From contig MTMF02000008.1 of NCBI GenBank assembly GCA_002011125.2, positions 1-64,000 on the forward strand: a DNA stretch of 64,000 nucleotides, read 5' to 3'. Below the pieces are notes generated by a model, which searched no databases, had not been told where the DNA came from, and saw nothing but the letters and a program-made list of their open reading frames with translations. Of this stretch, positions 1-12,609 are shown piece by piece; within the stretch, counting starts at the first letter, position 1; every line of letters begins with the position of its first letter. The stretch is from Candidatus Hydrothermarchaeum profundi (GTDB taxonomy: Archaea > Hydrothermarchaeota > Hydrothermarchaeia > Hydrothermarchaeales > Hydrothermarchaeaceae). Made by a program: the position numbers and the translations under genes.

Positions 1-1139
1 GGAAGGAGATTCTTCAGATACATACTCGGGGCATGCCCCTGGCAGAAGACGTAGATTTAAATGTGCTCGCAGATGTAACACATGGCTTTGTAGGAGCAGA
101 CCTTGAATCTCTTTGCAAAGAAAGCGCAATGAATGCTTTGAGGAAAGTACTGCCGAAGATTGATTTAAAGGAAGAGACCATACCCTCGGAGATCCTTGAA
201 AATCTGCAAGTAAATAAGGATGATTTTATGGATGCTTTAAAAGTTGTTGAACCTTCCGCGTTGCGTGAAGTTTTTGTTGAGGTACCGAATGTAAGATGGG
301 ACGATGTAGGGGGTCTTAGAGAAATAAAGCAGGAGCTAAAAGAATCTGTGGAATGGCCATTAAAGCATCCAGAGGCGTTTACTAAAATGGGGATCAAGCC
401 TCCAAAAGGCTTGTTGATATTTGGTCCTCCTGGTTGTGGTAAGACTCTTTTAGCTAAGGCGGTGGCAAACGAGAGCGAGGCTAACTTTATATCCGTTAAG
501 GGACCGGAAATACTGAGCAAGTGGGTTGGAGAGAGTGAAAAGGCTATAAGGGAAATATTTAAGAAAGCACGGCAAGCAGCTCCTTGTGTTATTTTCTTTG
601 ATGAAATAGATTCTCTTGCTTCAATGAGGGGGATGGAAACGGGCAGCCGGGTTGGTGAAAGAGTTCTAAATCAGATGCTGACGGAATTGGATGGTCTGGA
701 GGAACTCTATAATGTCGTGGTAATTGCTGCTACAAATAGGCCTGATTTATTAGATCCTGCTTTGTTAAGGCCGGGTAGGTTTGATAAACTTATGCTGGTA
801 AAAATGCCTGATGCTGGGGCTAGACTGGAAATATTCAAGGTGCATACGAAAAATATGCCGCTTGACGAAAGCGTTGATCTTGAAAAACTGACTAAACAAA
901 CTGATGGTTATGTAGGTGCTGATATAGAAGCGCTTTGCAGAGAGGCTGCTATGGCGGCTATAAGGGAAGTTTTGCTTGAAGGTGGGGACCTTGATACTAA
1001 AAAGGTTACGTATGAGCACTTCCTTGAAGCGATGAAAAAGGTTAGACCAAGTGTGGATAAAGGAGTTGAAGAATCCTACGAGAGATTTTTGAAGAGATTT
1101 GAGACTAAAGAACTCGAAAAGTTGACGTACATGGGCTGA
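1..1139 (+). CDS. cdc48: CDC48/VCP-family AAA+ ATPase (C-terminal part; runs off the left edge)
   Basis: [21 protein letters not shown] linker, Walker A GPPGCGKT, Walker [30 protein letters not shown]. Confidence 0.95.
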   Translation, partial: KEILQIHTRGMPLAEDVDLNVLADVTHGFVGADLESLCKESAMNALRKVLPKIDLKEETIPSEILENLQVNKDDFMDALKVVEPSALREVFVEVPNVRWDDVGGLREIKQELKESVEWPLKHPEAFTKMGIKPPKGLLIFGPPGCGKTLLAKAVANESEANFISVKGPEILSKWVGESEKAIREIFKKARQAAPCVIFFDEIDSLASMRGMETGSRVGERVLNQMLTELDGLEELYNVVVIAATNRPDLLDPALLRPGRFDKLMLVKMPDAGARLEIFKVHTKNMPLDESVDLEKLTKQTDGYVGADIEALCREAAMAAIREVLLEGGDLDTKKVTYEHFLEAMKKVRPSVDKGVEESYERFLKRFETKELEKLTYMG

Positions 1140-1231
1140 TTTTATATTCTAGTTTAATCTGAATTAGTTAATATGAGCTTTAGCTCCATTATCACTTATC
1201 TTGTTCTATTTTCGGGTATTGGGGGGAATTA

Positions 1232-2959
1232 ATGTTATTTCCAGCTGAAATGATGAAATTATATGCTATTTTCCCTCGGGATTACCTAGATAGGGTAATG
1301 TTTAAACTCCAAGAAGTTGGGACGGTCGAATTTTTTGATGTAAAAGAAGATATACGGAATATGTTTGATACGGATAACTTACGATCTTCTTTGGAGAAAT
1401 TAAAAATAGATGGTGAGATCTCGCTATGTCCTCTTGAAAGCAGGCAAGATCTGATAGTTTCTGAGAAGGAGAGAGTTAAAAGTCTTCTTTCTGAGTTCAA
1501 GCCAGTAAGTAAAACATCTTTTCTCTCAGATCTATTAGGGCCGCCAGTAGTTCCAATATCAATAGTGAAAAAGCCTGGAGATAATCTTTTGGAGAAAATT
1601 AAGGCTGAAATAGATGAGATTGAAGATGCATATCGTACTTTACAGAAAAAAAGAACCGAATTAGATAGGAAAAAAGAGGATATAACTATAGTAATCGCGA
1701 GAGAAGCTAAACTCCGCTTATTAAAACTCATGGGCACCGTTAAAGATGCAGAGATAGCGCATCTGGAAAAATTAAAAAGAGAAGAAGTAGAGGTTTCCGC
1801 TAGACTTCAAAAATTGGATAGAAAAATAAGCCAGTTCAAAAAAGAAAATTATCATAAACTACTTGCCTTGAATGAGGAGTTGGAAAATTTATTAAGGAGA
1901 GCCAAAGCCATTTCCAATCTCGTTTCCACTCCACATGCGGTTATTTTAGGTGGGTGGGTACCAAAAAGTGATGTTGGAAAAACTATTCGGGCATTAGAAA
2001 AAGCGACTAATAATATGTTGGTAGTGGAAGTTCAAGAAGCATTACCCGAAGAAAATCCCCCCATAAAACTCCAAAATCCGAAGTTATTTGAGCCTTTTGA
2101 AATACTTATTGAGAGTTACGGTTTACCAAAATATCGTGAAATAGATCCAACTCCGCTTATTGGGCTTACATTCACAATATTGTTTGGCATAATGTTTGCA
2201 GATGTGGGGTATGGTCTTTTCTTGCTCTTATTAAGTATTGTATTGCTCTTAGAAATTAGAAGTTCTAGTAAGTTTCTCAGAAGCCTTAATTTAGTCTTGA
2301 TGTATGCTGCTATGTCCTCAATAGTATTTGGATTTATTCTCGGAGAGTTTTTTGGAGGCTTAATAAGAGTAGAACCTATGTGGAAGGAACCTTTGGGCAA
2401 CCTGGGACTTTTATTTTTACTATCTATGATACTGGGAGTTATTCATATCTCTATAAGCTTATTTTCAAGACTTTATGAAGAGCTTATTCAAGGAAAAAAG
2501 GGAGTATATCCGATTTCTCTTGTAATAATACTTTTTTCCAGCCTATTTATTCTAATCTTCCCAGAGCATTCTAGAGTTTTATTCTTACTTTTTTCTGGAG
2601 GTATAGTTGCACTCTCATGGATAAGAAAGTTTAAAGTTATTGAAGAGCTCATGGCGTTGTTTGCAAATATAATTTCTTATGCTCGGATTGCTGCATTATT
2701 GGTTCTTCATGTAATGGTCGCTAGAATATTAACTGCATTGATAACTTCATTGCCTTTTTCTTTCAGCAGCTTTATTCTTGGAGTACTTATATTCTTCGCA
2801 GGCACATTACTAATATTAGTATCAGGTACATTTTTGGTATTTGTTCATTCACTAAGGCTCCAGTGGCTAGAATTTTTTAAGAGATTCTATTCGGGAGGAG
2901 GAAAGAAGTTTGAGCCGTTATCCTTTGAAAGAAAATATATTTTTATGACGCAGTTATAG
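1232..2959 (+). CDS. atpI: A/V-type ATP synthase subunit I (a), standalone copy
   Basis: YGLPKYREIDPTP, FGIMFADVGYG, essential Arg in ISYARIAAL, HSLRLQWLEFFKRFYSGGGKKFEP; coiled-coil N-terminus and multi-TM C-terminus. Confidence 0.9.
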   Translation: MLFPAEMMKLYAIFPRDYLDRVMFKLQEVGTVEFFDVKEDIRNMFDTDNLRSSLEKLKIDGEISLCPLESRQDLIVSEKERVKSLLSEFKPVSKTSFLSDLLGPPVVPISIVKKPGDNLLEKIKAEIDEIEDAYRTLQKKRTELDRKKEDITIVIAREAKLRLLKLMGTVKDAEIAHLEKLKREEVEVSARLQKLDRKISQFKKENYHKLLALNEELENLLRRAKAISNLVSTPHAVILGGWVPKSDVGKTIRALEKATNNMLVVEVQEALPEENPPIKLQNPKLFEPFEILIESYGLPKYREIDPTPLIGLTFTILFGIMFADVGYGLFLLLLSIVLLLEIRSSSKFLRSLNLVLMYAAMSSIVFGFILGEFFGGLIRVEPMWKEPLGNLGLLFLLSMILGVIHISISLFSRLYEELIQGKKGVYPISLVIILFSSLFILIFPEHSRVLFLLFSGGIVALSWIRKFKVIEELMALFANIISYARIAALLVLHVMVARILTALITSLPFSFSSFILGVLIFFAGTLLILVSGTFLVFVHSLRLQWLEFFKRFYSGGGKKFEPLSFERKYIFMTQL

Positions 2960-3242
2960 TTTTTTGCATAGAACCGTGCCGGAAATCTTGATTATACAGC
3001 TAGGTTGAGTATCAGATTTTTAAAAAGCTGTGGATCGTATTCAAAAACTTTAGAGTTAAAGAAAAGATAAAGATGCCTCTGGATTATGTCAGATATTAAA
3101 CACTTTCTACAAGAGTCTGATAGATGATGTGTAGGAACCATGTTGAAAGTAAGGGATAAATGGTTAAGTTACTGATACCTTCTTTAGGTTATGATGGATA
3201 GCCCATAGATATAGAAACTTCCGAAATACCTCTGCTCTTTCA

Positions 3243-3563
3243 TTATTTTAAGCTTTTTAACCGCTCAGCCATTTGCCGAGATATTATGATCCGATCCCTA
3301 AAGCTCTGCAACGGGGTCACACTCACATCCATCAAGCCCCAGCCGGGAAGACTCATTAATAGTCGGTCTAACTCGTCATGGGATGCTGCATCTACGATAA
3401 ATGTAATAATCCTAGCTCCAGCTACAATACCCCCTGACAAGATTTTCTCGTCTGTATCAAGTTTCTCATGCATGGGAATAACTATTTGTTCTATGTGTTG
3501 AGCCAATTCCTGAGGAGAAGCTGAGGGACTTCCAAGAAGTTTCAAGGTTACAAGATACTGCGT
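3243..3563 (-). CDS. Muconolactone-isomerase-like / DUF3303-like small ferredoxin-fold protein; probable start at an ACG codon
   Basis: C-terminal DAASHDELDRLLMSLP...VSVTPL motif; RBS GGAGGTGA 5 nt upstream of in-frame ACG (3563-3561), giving (M)QYLVTLKL. Confidence 0.6.
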   Translation of the reverse strand, partial: TQYLVTLKLLGSPSASPQELAQHIEQIVIPMHEKLDTDEKILSGGIVAGARIITFIVDAASHDELDRLLMSLPGWGLMDVSVTPLQSFRDRIIISRQMAERLKSLK

Positions 3564-3600
3564 TTATATCACCTCCTTTATTATTTTTTATGCAAGAATA

Positions 3601-4092
3601 TTAAGAGATACTTCTAGTGATAGCAGTTAGCAACAGTATTAAGAACATCAATAATAGCGCAGCGAGGCCATCTAATTTTAGTGTTTTCTCCACTTTTTCT
3701 CGCTCTTCCGGCGATAACTCTCGTAATCTAGCTTGCTTTGGTATCAAGACTTCGTTATGGTATACCGCAAGTCCTATCAATGCTAATACAACCACATGTT
3801 TCAAAAGTAGCACTTGTGACCAAAGGCTTTCAAAGGTTAGGAGCCCTTCGTAGTTCTTATTCAGTACAGTCATGATACTACCAGAGATCAAGAACAAAAT
3901 TATGCTGGTATATCCTATCATCCTCCCCTTTTTTGACATCATACCCATCAATTTACCTGCCATTGGTGGTTCAAGGGTTTTCTGAACTGTTGGGATAAGT
4001 ACCAGCAGATAGATGAAAATACCACCCATCCATGCTACAGTAGCTATGAGATGTACGAATATCGAGATGATTAGAACTAAATTTACTGCCAT
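3601..4092 (-). CDS. CopD/DUF4149-like 4-TM membrane protein
   Basis: HLIATVAWMGG in TM1, LLLKHVVV in TM3, four hydrophobic segments. Confidence 0.6.
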   Translation of the reverse strand: MAVNLVLIISIFVHLIATVAWMGGIFIYLLVLIPTVQKTLEPPMAGKLMGMMSKKGRMIGYTSIILFLISGSIMTVLNKNYEGLLTFESLWSQVLLLKHVVVLALIGLAVYHNEVLIPKQARLRELSPEEREKVEKTLKLDGLAALLLMFLILLLTAITRSIS

Positions 4093-4417
4093 CTTAAATT
4101 ACCCCTTAATTTATTTTCGGCGAGTTCTCGCTGTGCTGTAACATACAAAGCATATGTAAATGAAGACTTTGAACTGCCCTCACGTAGTATTTGTGAGCAT
4201 GTAGATAGGCTCCGAGCACGATCTACCCTTTGACTAAAAGTCCCTCCTTGGGTCACAACTCCTCTAGTCAAACTTCTACTCATCTTTTTCTCACCTACCT
4301 TAAAAAATTTTGAAAAATCCTTTATTTTTCACACACTATAAGAAAATATTTAAGAAATATGTATTATATTATTGAACCATAGTATGAAATTGTATGAAGA
4401 AATAAGGCGCATAGTAA

Positions 4418-5476
4418 ATGAAGATAAGAAAGACCATTTCTTTAGAAGAGGAAGATTTTGATTCACTCGAGTTTCTTCTCAAAAAAAATGATGGCAATTT
4501 CTCAAAAGCTATTAGAGAACTCATACGAAACAATAGTAGTAAGAGAGATGTAATATCTCTTAAGAAACCTCTTTCTCCTAATGATCTAAAGGAAGAAAGA
4601 AAAGAGATTAGGAACTTATTGATCGAGAAAAAGCTGTTTTGTTCTGTACCTATGGACTTACTTGGATATTGGCTTAAACTTGTGGCAGGTATGATTCCGC
4701 CTTTAGGATATTATAGATTTTTATTTGATAGAATTTTTCCAGATTTCATCGGGGTGGAAAAGGTAGATATTAAGACGTATTCTGAGTACGTTAATACCTA
4801 CACATATCTGACAGGGAGCTGGGGTAGACAATCAATAACCTATGATGACCCTAAGAACCCAACGTGGGTTAAAATTCGCATCGAGATGAGCAGAGGTCAG
4901 GTAGAGCCTATTGCAGCATTAGCTACTTATATAGTGGCGCATGAGCCTCTGCGTTTGAAACCGGTTAAAGTGACTCGATCACCTACCTTTATTGATGTGG
5001 ACTGCGTTGTTGCAGAAAGTGAAGATGAGGCCTATAAGGGAGTTGTAGAACACTTCGGTTTTAATCAAGATATATATGAGGGCCTTCAGAGGGATCCGGA
5101 TTATTGGAGAGGGGTTTTTAAGATGGCGAAGCTATATGACAACTCTCTCGCTATCTTTGGCCTTCAAGATTTTCTAAAGATTCAAAAAGGGGAGAGTCAC
5201 GATAGCGCAATTTTGACAATTGAGAGGATTCTTGGAAGCGCCATCACTGAGGTACCATTGGAGAAACTTCTTGCGGCTATTGAAATGATTGGTAGAATAA
5301 ATGGGATGATTAAAAAAATCGATGTAGATGAGGAGAAAATAAAGATATATTTCACTTTCCATGACTCTAATTTTGCTCAGAGGATATCCTGTTGCACTCT
5401 TAATATCTTGGAAAATGCGGGACATAAGTTCACTCTCAAAAAAGTCTATGAGGACTGGTGTATTTTTACTAGGTAA
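4418..5476 (+). CDS. Hypothetical protein with N-terminal ribbon-helix-helix (CopG-like) domain
   Basis: MKIRKTISLEEEDFDSLEFLLKKNDGNFSKAIRELI fits an RHH pattern; long ORF. Confidence 0.55.
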   Translation: MKIRKTISLEEEDFDSLEFLLKKNDGNFSKAIRELIRNNSSKRDVISLKKPLSPNDLKEERKEIRNLLIEKKLFCSVPMDLLGYWLKLVAGMIPPLGYYRFLFDRIFPDFIGVEKVDIKTYSEYVNTYTYLTGSWGRQSITYDDPKNPTWVKIRIEMSRGQVEPIAALATYIVAHEPLRLKPVKVTRSPTFIDVDCVVAESEDEAYKGVVEHFGFNQDIYEGLQRDPDYWRGVFKMAKLYDNSLAIFGLQDFLKIQKGESHDSAILTIERILGSAITEVPLEKLLAAIEMIGRINGMIKKIDVDEEKIKIYFTFHDSNFAQRISCCTLNILENAGHKFTLKKVYEDWCIFTR

Positions 5477-5618
5477 GGTGATAAAAGGGCCAATTTAGGA
5501 CATTTTTTTGTTTAGATTAATCCATGAAGGTTCTTATAGGAGTTAATATAATCACTATCCCCTCCGTTATCTTTAGTTTCAAATCAATATTCCTCATAGA
5601 GGGATATTTTTCAGTGTT

Positions 5619-6046
5619 ATGGATAGAATATTAAACATGATCAAAAAAATCTTATTTCCAACGGATAGTTCGGTTTTCTCTGCGAGAGCGTCTAGGTTTG
5701 CTATTTCTCTTGCTGAACATTATAATGCCATGATAACAGCACTTCATGTGATTTGTGTAAAGCCATCAAAGCATTTACATGCGGAGAGCGTGAAGAGAAA
5801 GATGATAAAGGATGCAGAGCTGTGCTTCAAACATATTTTAGCTGAAGAAAGGGGAATAACTGTAGGTACGAGGGTATTGGTTTCTCATTCCATTAGTGAT
5901 GCTATTCTTGAGGAGGTTGAAGAAGGAGAATACGACATAATTGTTATGGGTTCAAAAGGTACCACAGGTCTTAAAAAATTCTTCTTGGAAGTGTTTGTGA
6001 AGCCGTTGCCAAACGAGCATTTTGTCCGGTCTTAATTGCAAGGTGA
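5619..6046 (+). pseudogene. Universal stress protein (UspA family) with a 1-nt frameshift near the C-terminus
   Basis: KKILFPTDSS and YDIIVMGSKGTTGL; the canonical tail ILLGSVCEAVAKRAFCPVLIAR* lies in the -1 frame after the A6 run at 5973-5978 and ends at TGA 6044-6046. Confidence 0.8.
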
Positions 6047-6091
6047 AACTTTTAAATACTAGATAACTTTAAAATACGCACTTGAGGAACG

Positions 6092-6352
6092 ATGGTGACG
6101 AAAATAATCGGAAAAAGTCTAATAGGGAGAAATGTTGTCAGTGATAGAGGGACTGTTATAGGGAAATTGATAGACCTGTCAATCGAAACCCTAGCAGGCA
6201 AGGTTATGATGCTCATAGTTAAACCTGATAAAAGCATAGATACAAAATATTTCCGACTAAACGAGAGAGGAGAAATCTTAATACCTTTTGCAGCTGTTAA
6301 AGCAGTAAAGGACGTGTTAATAATAAACGAAGGCGGGATACCGAGGGCATAA
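6092..6352 (+). CDS. PRC-barrel domain protein
   Basis: LIGRNVVSDRGTVIGKLIDLSIE...IPFAAVKAVKDVLII. Confidence 0.85.
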   Translation: MVTKIIGKSLIGRNVVSDRGTVIGKLIDLSIETLAGKVMMLIVKPDKSIDTKYFRLNERGEILIPFAAVKAVKDVLIINEGGIPRA

Positions 6353-6362
6353 ACGTAGTTTA

Positions 6363-8903
<2,541 letters not shown>

Positions 8904-9093
8904 GGTGTAATATTTTATTAAACAATATTTTTTAAATTCGATGGGTATACTTGGAGGAACATTAATACCAACTTATCTTTTCTCCTCAAGGCATGAAAGA
9001 GTACATTTAGATTGGCGTGAGGTTTGAATATGCAGGATAGCGTACATTTTTTAACTTTTTTCTTACTATAGAAAGATTTTTAATTCCAGTAGC

Positions 9094-9447
9094 ATGATTT
9101 TGATTTTCATGGAAAGAGAACAACGGAGAATAGAGCAGGTATTGGAGGTACTCGGATACGCAGTAGGTCTCACTATGGTACAGATGGTTGCACTATATTT
9201 ATTATTAGCGATAAAACTATTCCACCGAGATATCAATGTTTTTCTCCTTTATAGAGCATTTTTTGAAAAAGTTCTATTTATATTTGATAATTTATATTTT
9301 TTAATAATAGGAATAATGTATAGACTTTTCGGAGAGTCTTATTTACATGTAATCGGATTCAATAATGTCTTTAAGCTAACCTTTTTCACTATATTCCTCA
9401 TCAATATAGTGTATTTTAGTTACTCAAAACTTAGGTCAGAAAAATGA
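9094..9447 (+). CDS. Small membrane protein
   Basis: Hydrophobic ORF; ATGA overlap with the next gene. Confidence 0.5.
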   Translation: MILIFMEREQRRIEQVLEVLGYAVGLTMVQMVALYLLLAIKLFHRDINVFLLYRAFFEKVLFIFDNLYFLIIGIMYRLFGESYLHVIGFNNVFKLTFFTIFLINIVYFSYSKLRSEK

Positions 9448-10226
9448 AGGTTGTCGATATAAAAGAAGGTAGACTGTTAGGTATTAATTTTATTGATATT
9501 TTTGTCGTTGTAGTGGTAGCGTTTCTCCTATTTTCTTTTGGTTCAACAATCTTGTTTAAAGACCTAACATTTAGTGGAGATGAAATGTATAGTGCCATAA
9601 AAGAATTTGAGAAGCTTAATGAGAAAGGCTTCTTAGTTGAAGCAGTTGCTGAAGGAAAATGGATTGGAACAGAAGATGTTCTATTCAATAGTAGAGGTCT
9701 AATAGTAAGACCAACAAGAGGCGCGTTTGAATTTAAACTAAAGGATGGCAGGATACTTAAACTAGGTGGCTCTATGAGCTATCTAGAAGATATAGCTCTT
9801 GATAAGATAACTCTAATCCCTTTAGATAGGCATATTGCAAAGCTTAAAACTTCTCCCGGATACCAGTTCAAAAGCTACAATGAGATGATATCATACTTAA
9901 AGAACTTGAAGGAGAAGAATAATGCAGATCATCTTATAATAACTGCAGATTTCTCTTTTATTAATAGCGTAGAAACTCCTCAGGAACTTTATAATAAATT
10001 CAGGAGGAGGTATCTTATAAGGGATGTCGGGAAGGGCATTTCAACAGAGAATGCTGTTACATTACGTCTGGAATTAGCGGAGTTATCTGAGCTTGAAAAT
10101 ACTCATGTTAAATGCGATTCAATTGCTCTTGGAGAGGTGGTTATTTACCTAGGTTATGATACTGAAGAAAAACCCGAACAACCAACGGATTCAGGACCTG
10201 TAATCAGCTATGAGGACCTGTTATGA
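9444..10226 (+). CDS. Membrane-anchored hypothetical protein
   Basis: N-terminal INFIDIFVVVVVAFLLF anchor; translationally coupled within the glycan cluster. Confidence 0.55.
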   Translation: MKVVDIKEGRLLGINFIDIFVVVVVAFLLFSFGSTILFKDLTFSGDEMYSAIKEFEKLNEKGFLVEAVAEGKWIGTEDVLFNSRGLIVRPTRGAFEFKLKDGRILKLGGSMSYLEDIALDKITLIPLDRHIAKLKTSPGYQFKSYNEMISYLKNLKEKNNADHLIITADFSFINSVETPQELYNKFRRRYLIRDVGKGISTENAVTLRLELAELSELENTHVKCDSIALGEVVIYLGYDTEEKPEQPTDSGPVISYEDLL

Positions 10227-11524
10227 GTTCTCTATCCGTGAGAGTCATATCTAGAATAGAAGAGACTATTAAGAAAAATTTCCAAAAAAGCAAAACTAGA
10301 GAGTTATCTTTACTAATACTCTCCTTCTTAGAAAACTCTTTTATAAAATCTAAAGTCAGAAAAACTTCATTTCTTTTTGTCATGTTTTATCCAGGTAGAT
10401 TTTGGAGTAAGATAGATAAATTAAATAAGAGGTTCAATCTTGAGTTTTTTTTAGACCCATTCATATTGTTTCCTTTAGTCTATATAGGATTTGTTGGTAT
10501 AAGCACTTATAGACCATCCTTCTTAGCAACGTTCAGTATTCTAATAGGATTAATTTCGTTCATGTTTGGAGTAAAAATTGCGAGGAAATCTGAATTTGGA
10601 GTAACTGCTCTAGAAAATTATTCGTCTCGTTTGGCGATTAGTTTATTAGTCATAGGCGTGTTTGCTCTTGTTTTAGATATTGAAAGAGCTGGTGCAGTTC
10701 CTCTTTTCGAGCCTTTCGCAAAAAAGGGATTAAGTGTGAGTTATACTATGTTAGCGAGTTTGATTGTACCGGGTGGTATACTCGCGATATCAGTTATTGG
10801 AGTAAAGCTTAGAAATGGGGAAATAGGGTTAAGAGAAGCGAGGGTGTATGCGCTTTTAACGTTGCTAACCACTACTATGCTGATTTCTCTAGTGGGTTTT
10901 AGAACACAGATAATAGTCTCAATTCTAGGTTGTAGTATGGCGATGTACTTCTCAAGGATTTTAGGATGGATCGAAATCGTTAGTTTTTTTATGGTTTCAT
11001 TATTTGGTATTAGTTTCTTCGGATATTTGAGAGCAGTTGAAGAAGGAGCAGGGATAGGAATCTTAGAAGTACTTGGAAGAAGAGTGGGGCTCACATTAAG
11101 CATTTATGATACGCTAGTTAACCTCTATTGGCCATTCGGAGTAAATAGAGGGTCTGTAGCGTTAGCTACTTTTTCTTCATACTTTTCATTTATTCCTGGA
11201 CCGTCGTTAGGTCCAAGGACGATTGTTGCTAGAATGTTTGGCGTTTATGATATTTCAATGACTTCCACTTTATTTGGCACAGTAATGCTGGATTTTGGTA
11301 TTATAGGGATAATGGTATTTGCTTTGATTCTTGGCCTTATAATCGGGGCTGCCTATAAAGCAACTCTTCAAACCCATAGTGCTATTGCGATATCTATATT
11401 ATCCTTGCTATTTGCATATGTGCTAGTGGGAATAGAAACTGGGTTAGTTGATTTTAATGTTTTTATGTTCTTCTTTATAGGAGCTTTAATAATCCTAAAG
11501 TCAAGAATTCCTAGGCATTATTAG
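10223..11524 (+). CDS. Oligosaccharide repeat-unit polymerase family (Wzy-like, DUF70-type) membrane protein
   Basis: About 10 TMs; GAVPLF, GFRT, SMTSTLFGTVMLDFGIIG, GIETG motifs. Confidence 0.7.
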   Translation: MSSLSVRVISRIEETIKKNFQKSKTRELSLLILSFLENSFIKSKVRKTSFLFVMFYPGRFWSKIDKLNKRFNLEFFLDPFILFPLVYIGFVGISTYRPSFLATFSILIGLISFMFGVKIARKSEFGVTALENYSSRLAISLLVIGVFALVLDIERAGAVPLFEPFAKKGLSVSYTMLASLIVPGGILAISVIGVKLRNGEIGLREARVYALLTLLTTTMLISLVGFRTQIIVSILGCSMAMYFSRILGWIEIVSFFMVSLFGISFFGYLRAVEEGAGIGILEVLGRRVGLTLSIYDTLVNLYWPFGVNRGSVALATFSSYFSFIPGPSLGPRTIVARMFGVYDISMTSTLFGTVMLDFGIIGIMVFALILGLIIGAAYKATLQTHSAIAISILSLLFAYVLVGIETGLVDFNVFMFFFIGALIILKSRIPRHY

Positions 11525-12441
11525 CGTCTTTTACCTAAAATCCTTGCTTCAACTGCGAGTATGGGTATCTCAATTATTGGAGCTATAGCGATTACTGCAG
11601 CAGTAAGAGGCAGGCTTGGAAATGCACCAAGGGCTATTGCCAGGGCAATTGGAGAATTCCTGGCAGAAGTTGTGAAGTTTAATAGCACAGTTTCTTCGTA
11701 TCTTAATTTAAAAAGTCTTTGAACAATAATAGATAAAAAGTACATAGAAATGAAGTATATTAAAATTGGAGCGGCTATAACTATAATTTTGTCTATGTTA
11801 GCGATAAACATCGATTCCTGAGAGGCGAACATAACCGCAACTACGATGCCCAGGAAAAAAGTTTGGAGATCTGAAACCATCTGATTGAAGGATCTTTTAC
11901 CTAGGTGCCTCGAGATTAGTGCTAAAGAGAGAGGGATTAAAAAAAAGAGAGCAAGTGTTTTTAAAAATAGTATCAGATCTATTCGGATAGTATTCCCCAT
12001 AAAAAGCAGTAGATATAAGGGTAAAAGTACTATTTGTATGCTTAGGTTTATTGGAATTAAAATAGTACCTAAAGCTACGTCTCCTTTAGCCGAGCTTGTA
12101 AATGTAAGAAACCAATCGGTACATGGCATTACGAAATACATTAGGAGACCTAGGAGTATAGCGGGATCATTAACAAATCCTGAACTCAGTCGCCATGTAA
12201 ATACGGGTACTAAAATAAAGTTCACAGCAAGGCTTAATGTAATAAATCTGCTATTTTTTGAAGCTTCAATGATGCGTCTAAAAGGGATATTTAGCATCAC
12301 TCCGTAGAGCATTAAAATTAGTCCTACAGTTATTATAGTGTCGGCTTCATCATGGAAGGTATATCCTAAGGCACCAGAGATCAAACCGATTATTATGCTT
12401 AGAATTAAAATTAAAGGCTCATTAATTTGCATGCAGTGCAA
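11521..12441 (-). CDS. ACR3/SBF-family arsenite-resistance transporter
   Basis: NFILVP, MPCTDWFLTFT, ARNSPIALAIA, PIIEIP motifs; about 10 TMs. Confidence 0.75.
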   Translation of the reverse strand: MHCMQINEPLILILSIIIGLISGALGYTFHDEADTIITVGLILMLYGVMLNIPFRRIIEASKNSRFITLSLAVNFILVPVFTWRLSSGFVNDPAILLGLLMYFVMPCTDWFLTFTSSAKGDVALGTILIPINLSIQIVLLPLYLLLFMGNTIRIDLILFLKTLALFFLIPLSLALISRHLGKRSFNQMVSDLQTFFLGIVVAVMFASQESMFIANIDKIIVIAAPILIYFISMYFLSIIVQRLFKLRYEETVLLNFTTSARNSPIALAIALGAFPSLPLTAAVIAIAPIIEIPILAVEARILGKRR

Positions 12442-12609
12442 TCTATTAGGATTATATTTAAAGCTGACTTTTTACTAGAAACACTTTTCATGAAGACCGA
12501 GTTTTATTGTATAGATCGGAATGGCATCTGTGGCAAATACCCTCCTTAGACACATAGCAGGGCTTTCTCTTTCGGTAGATTTTTAATTACCTAGGTTAAC
12601 ACGAATAGC

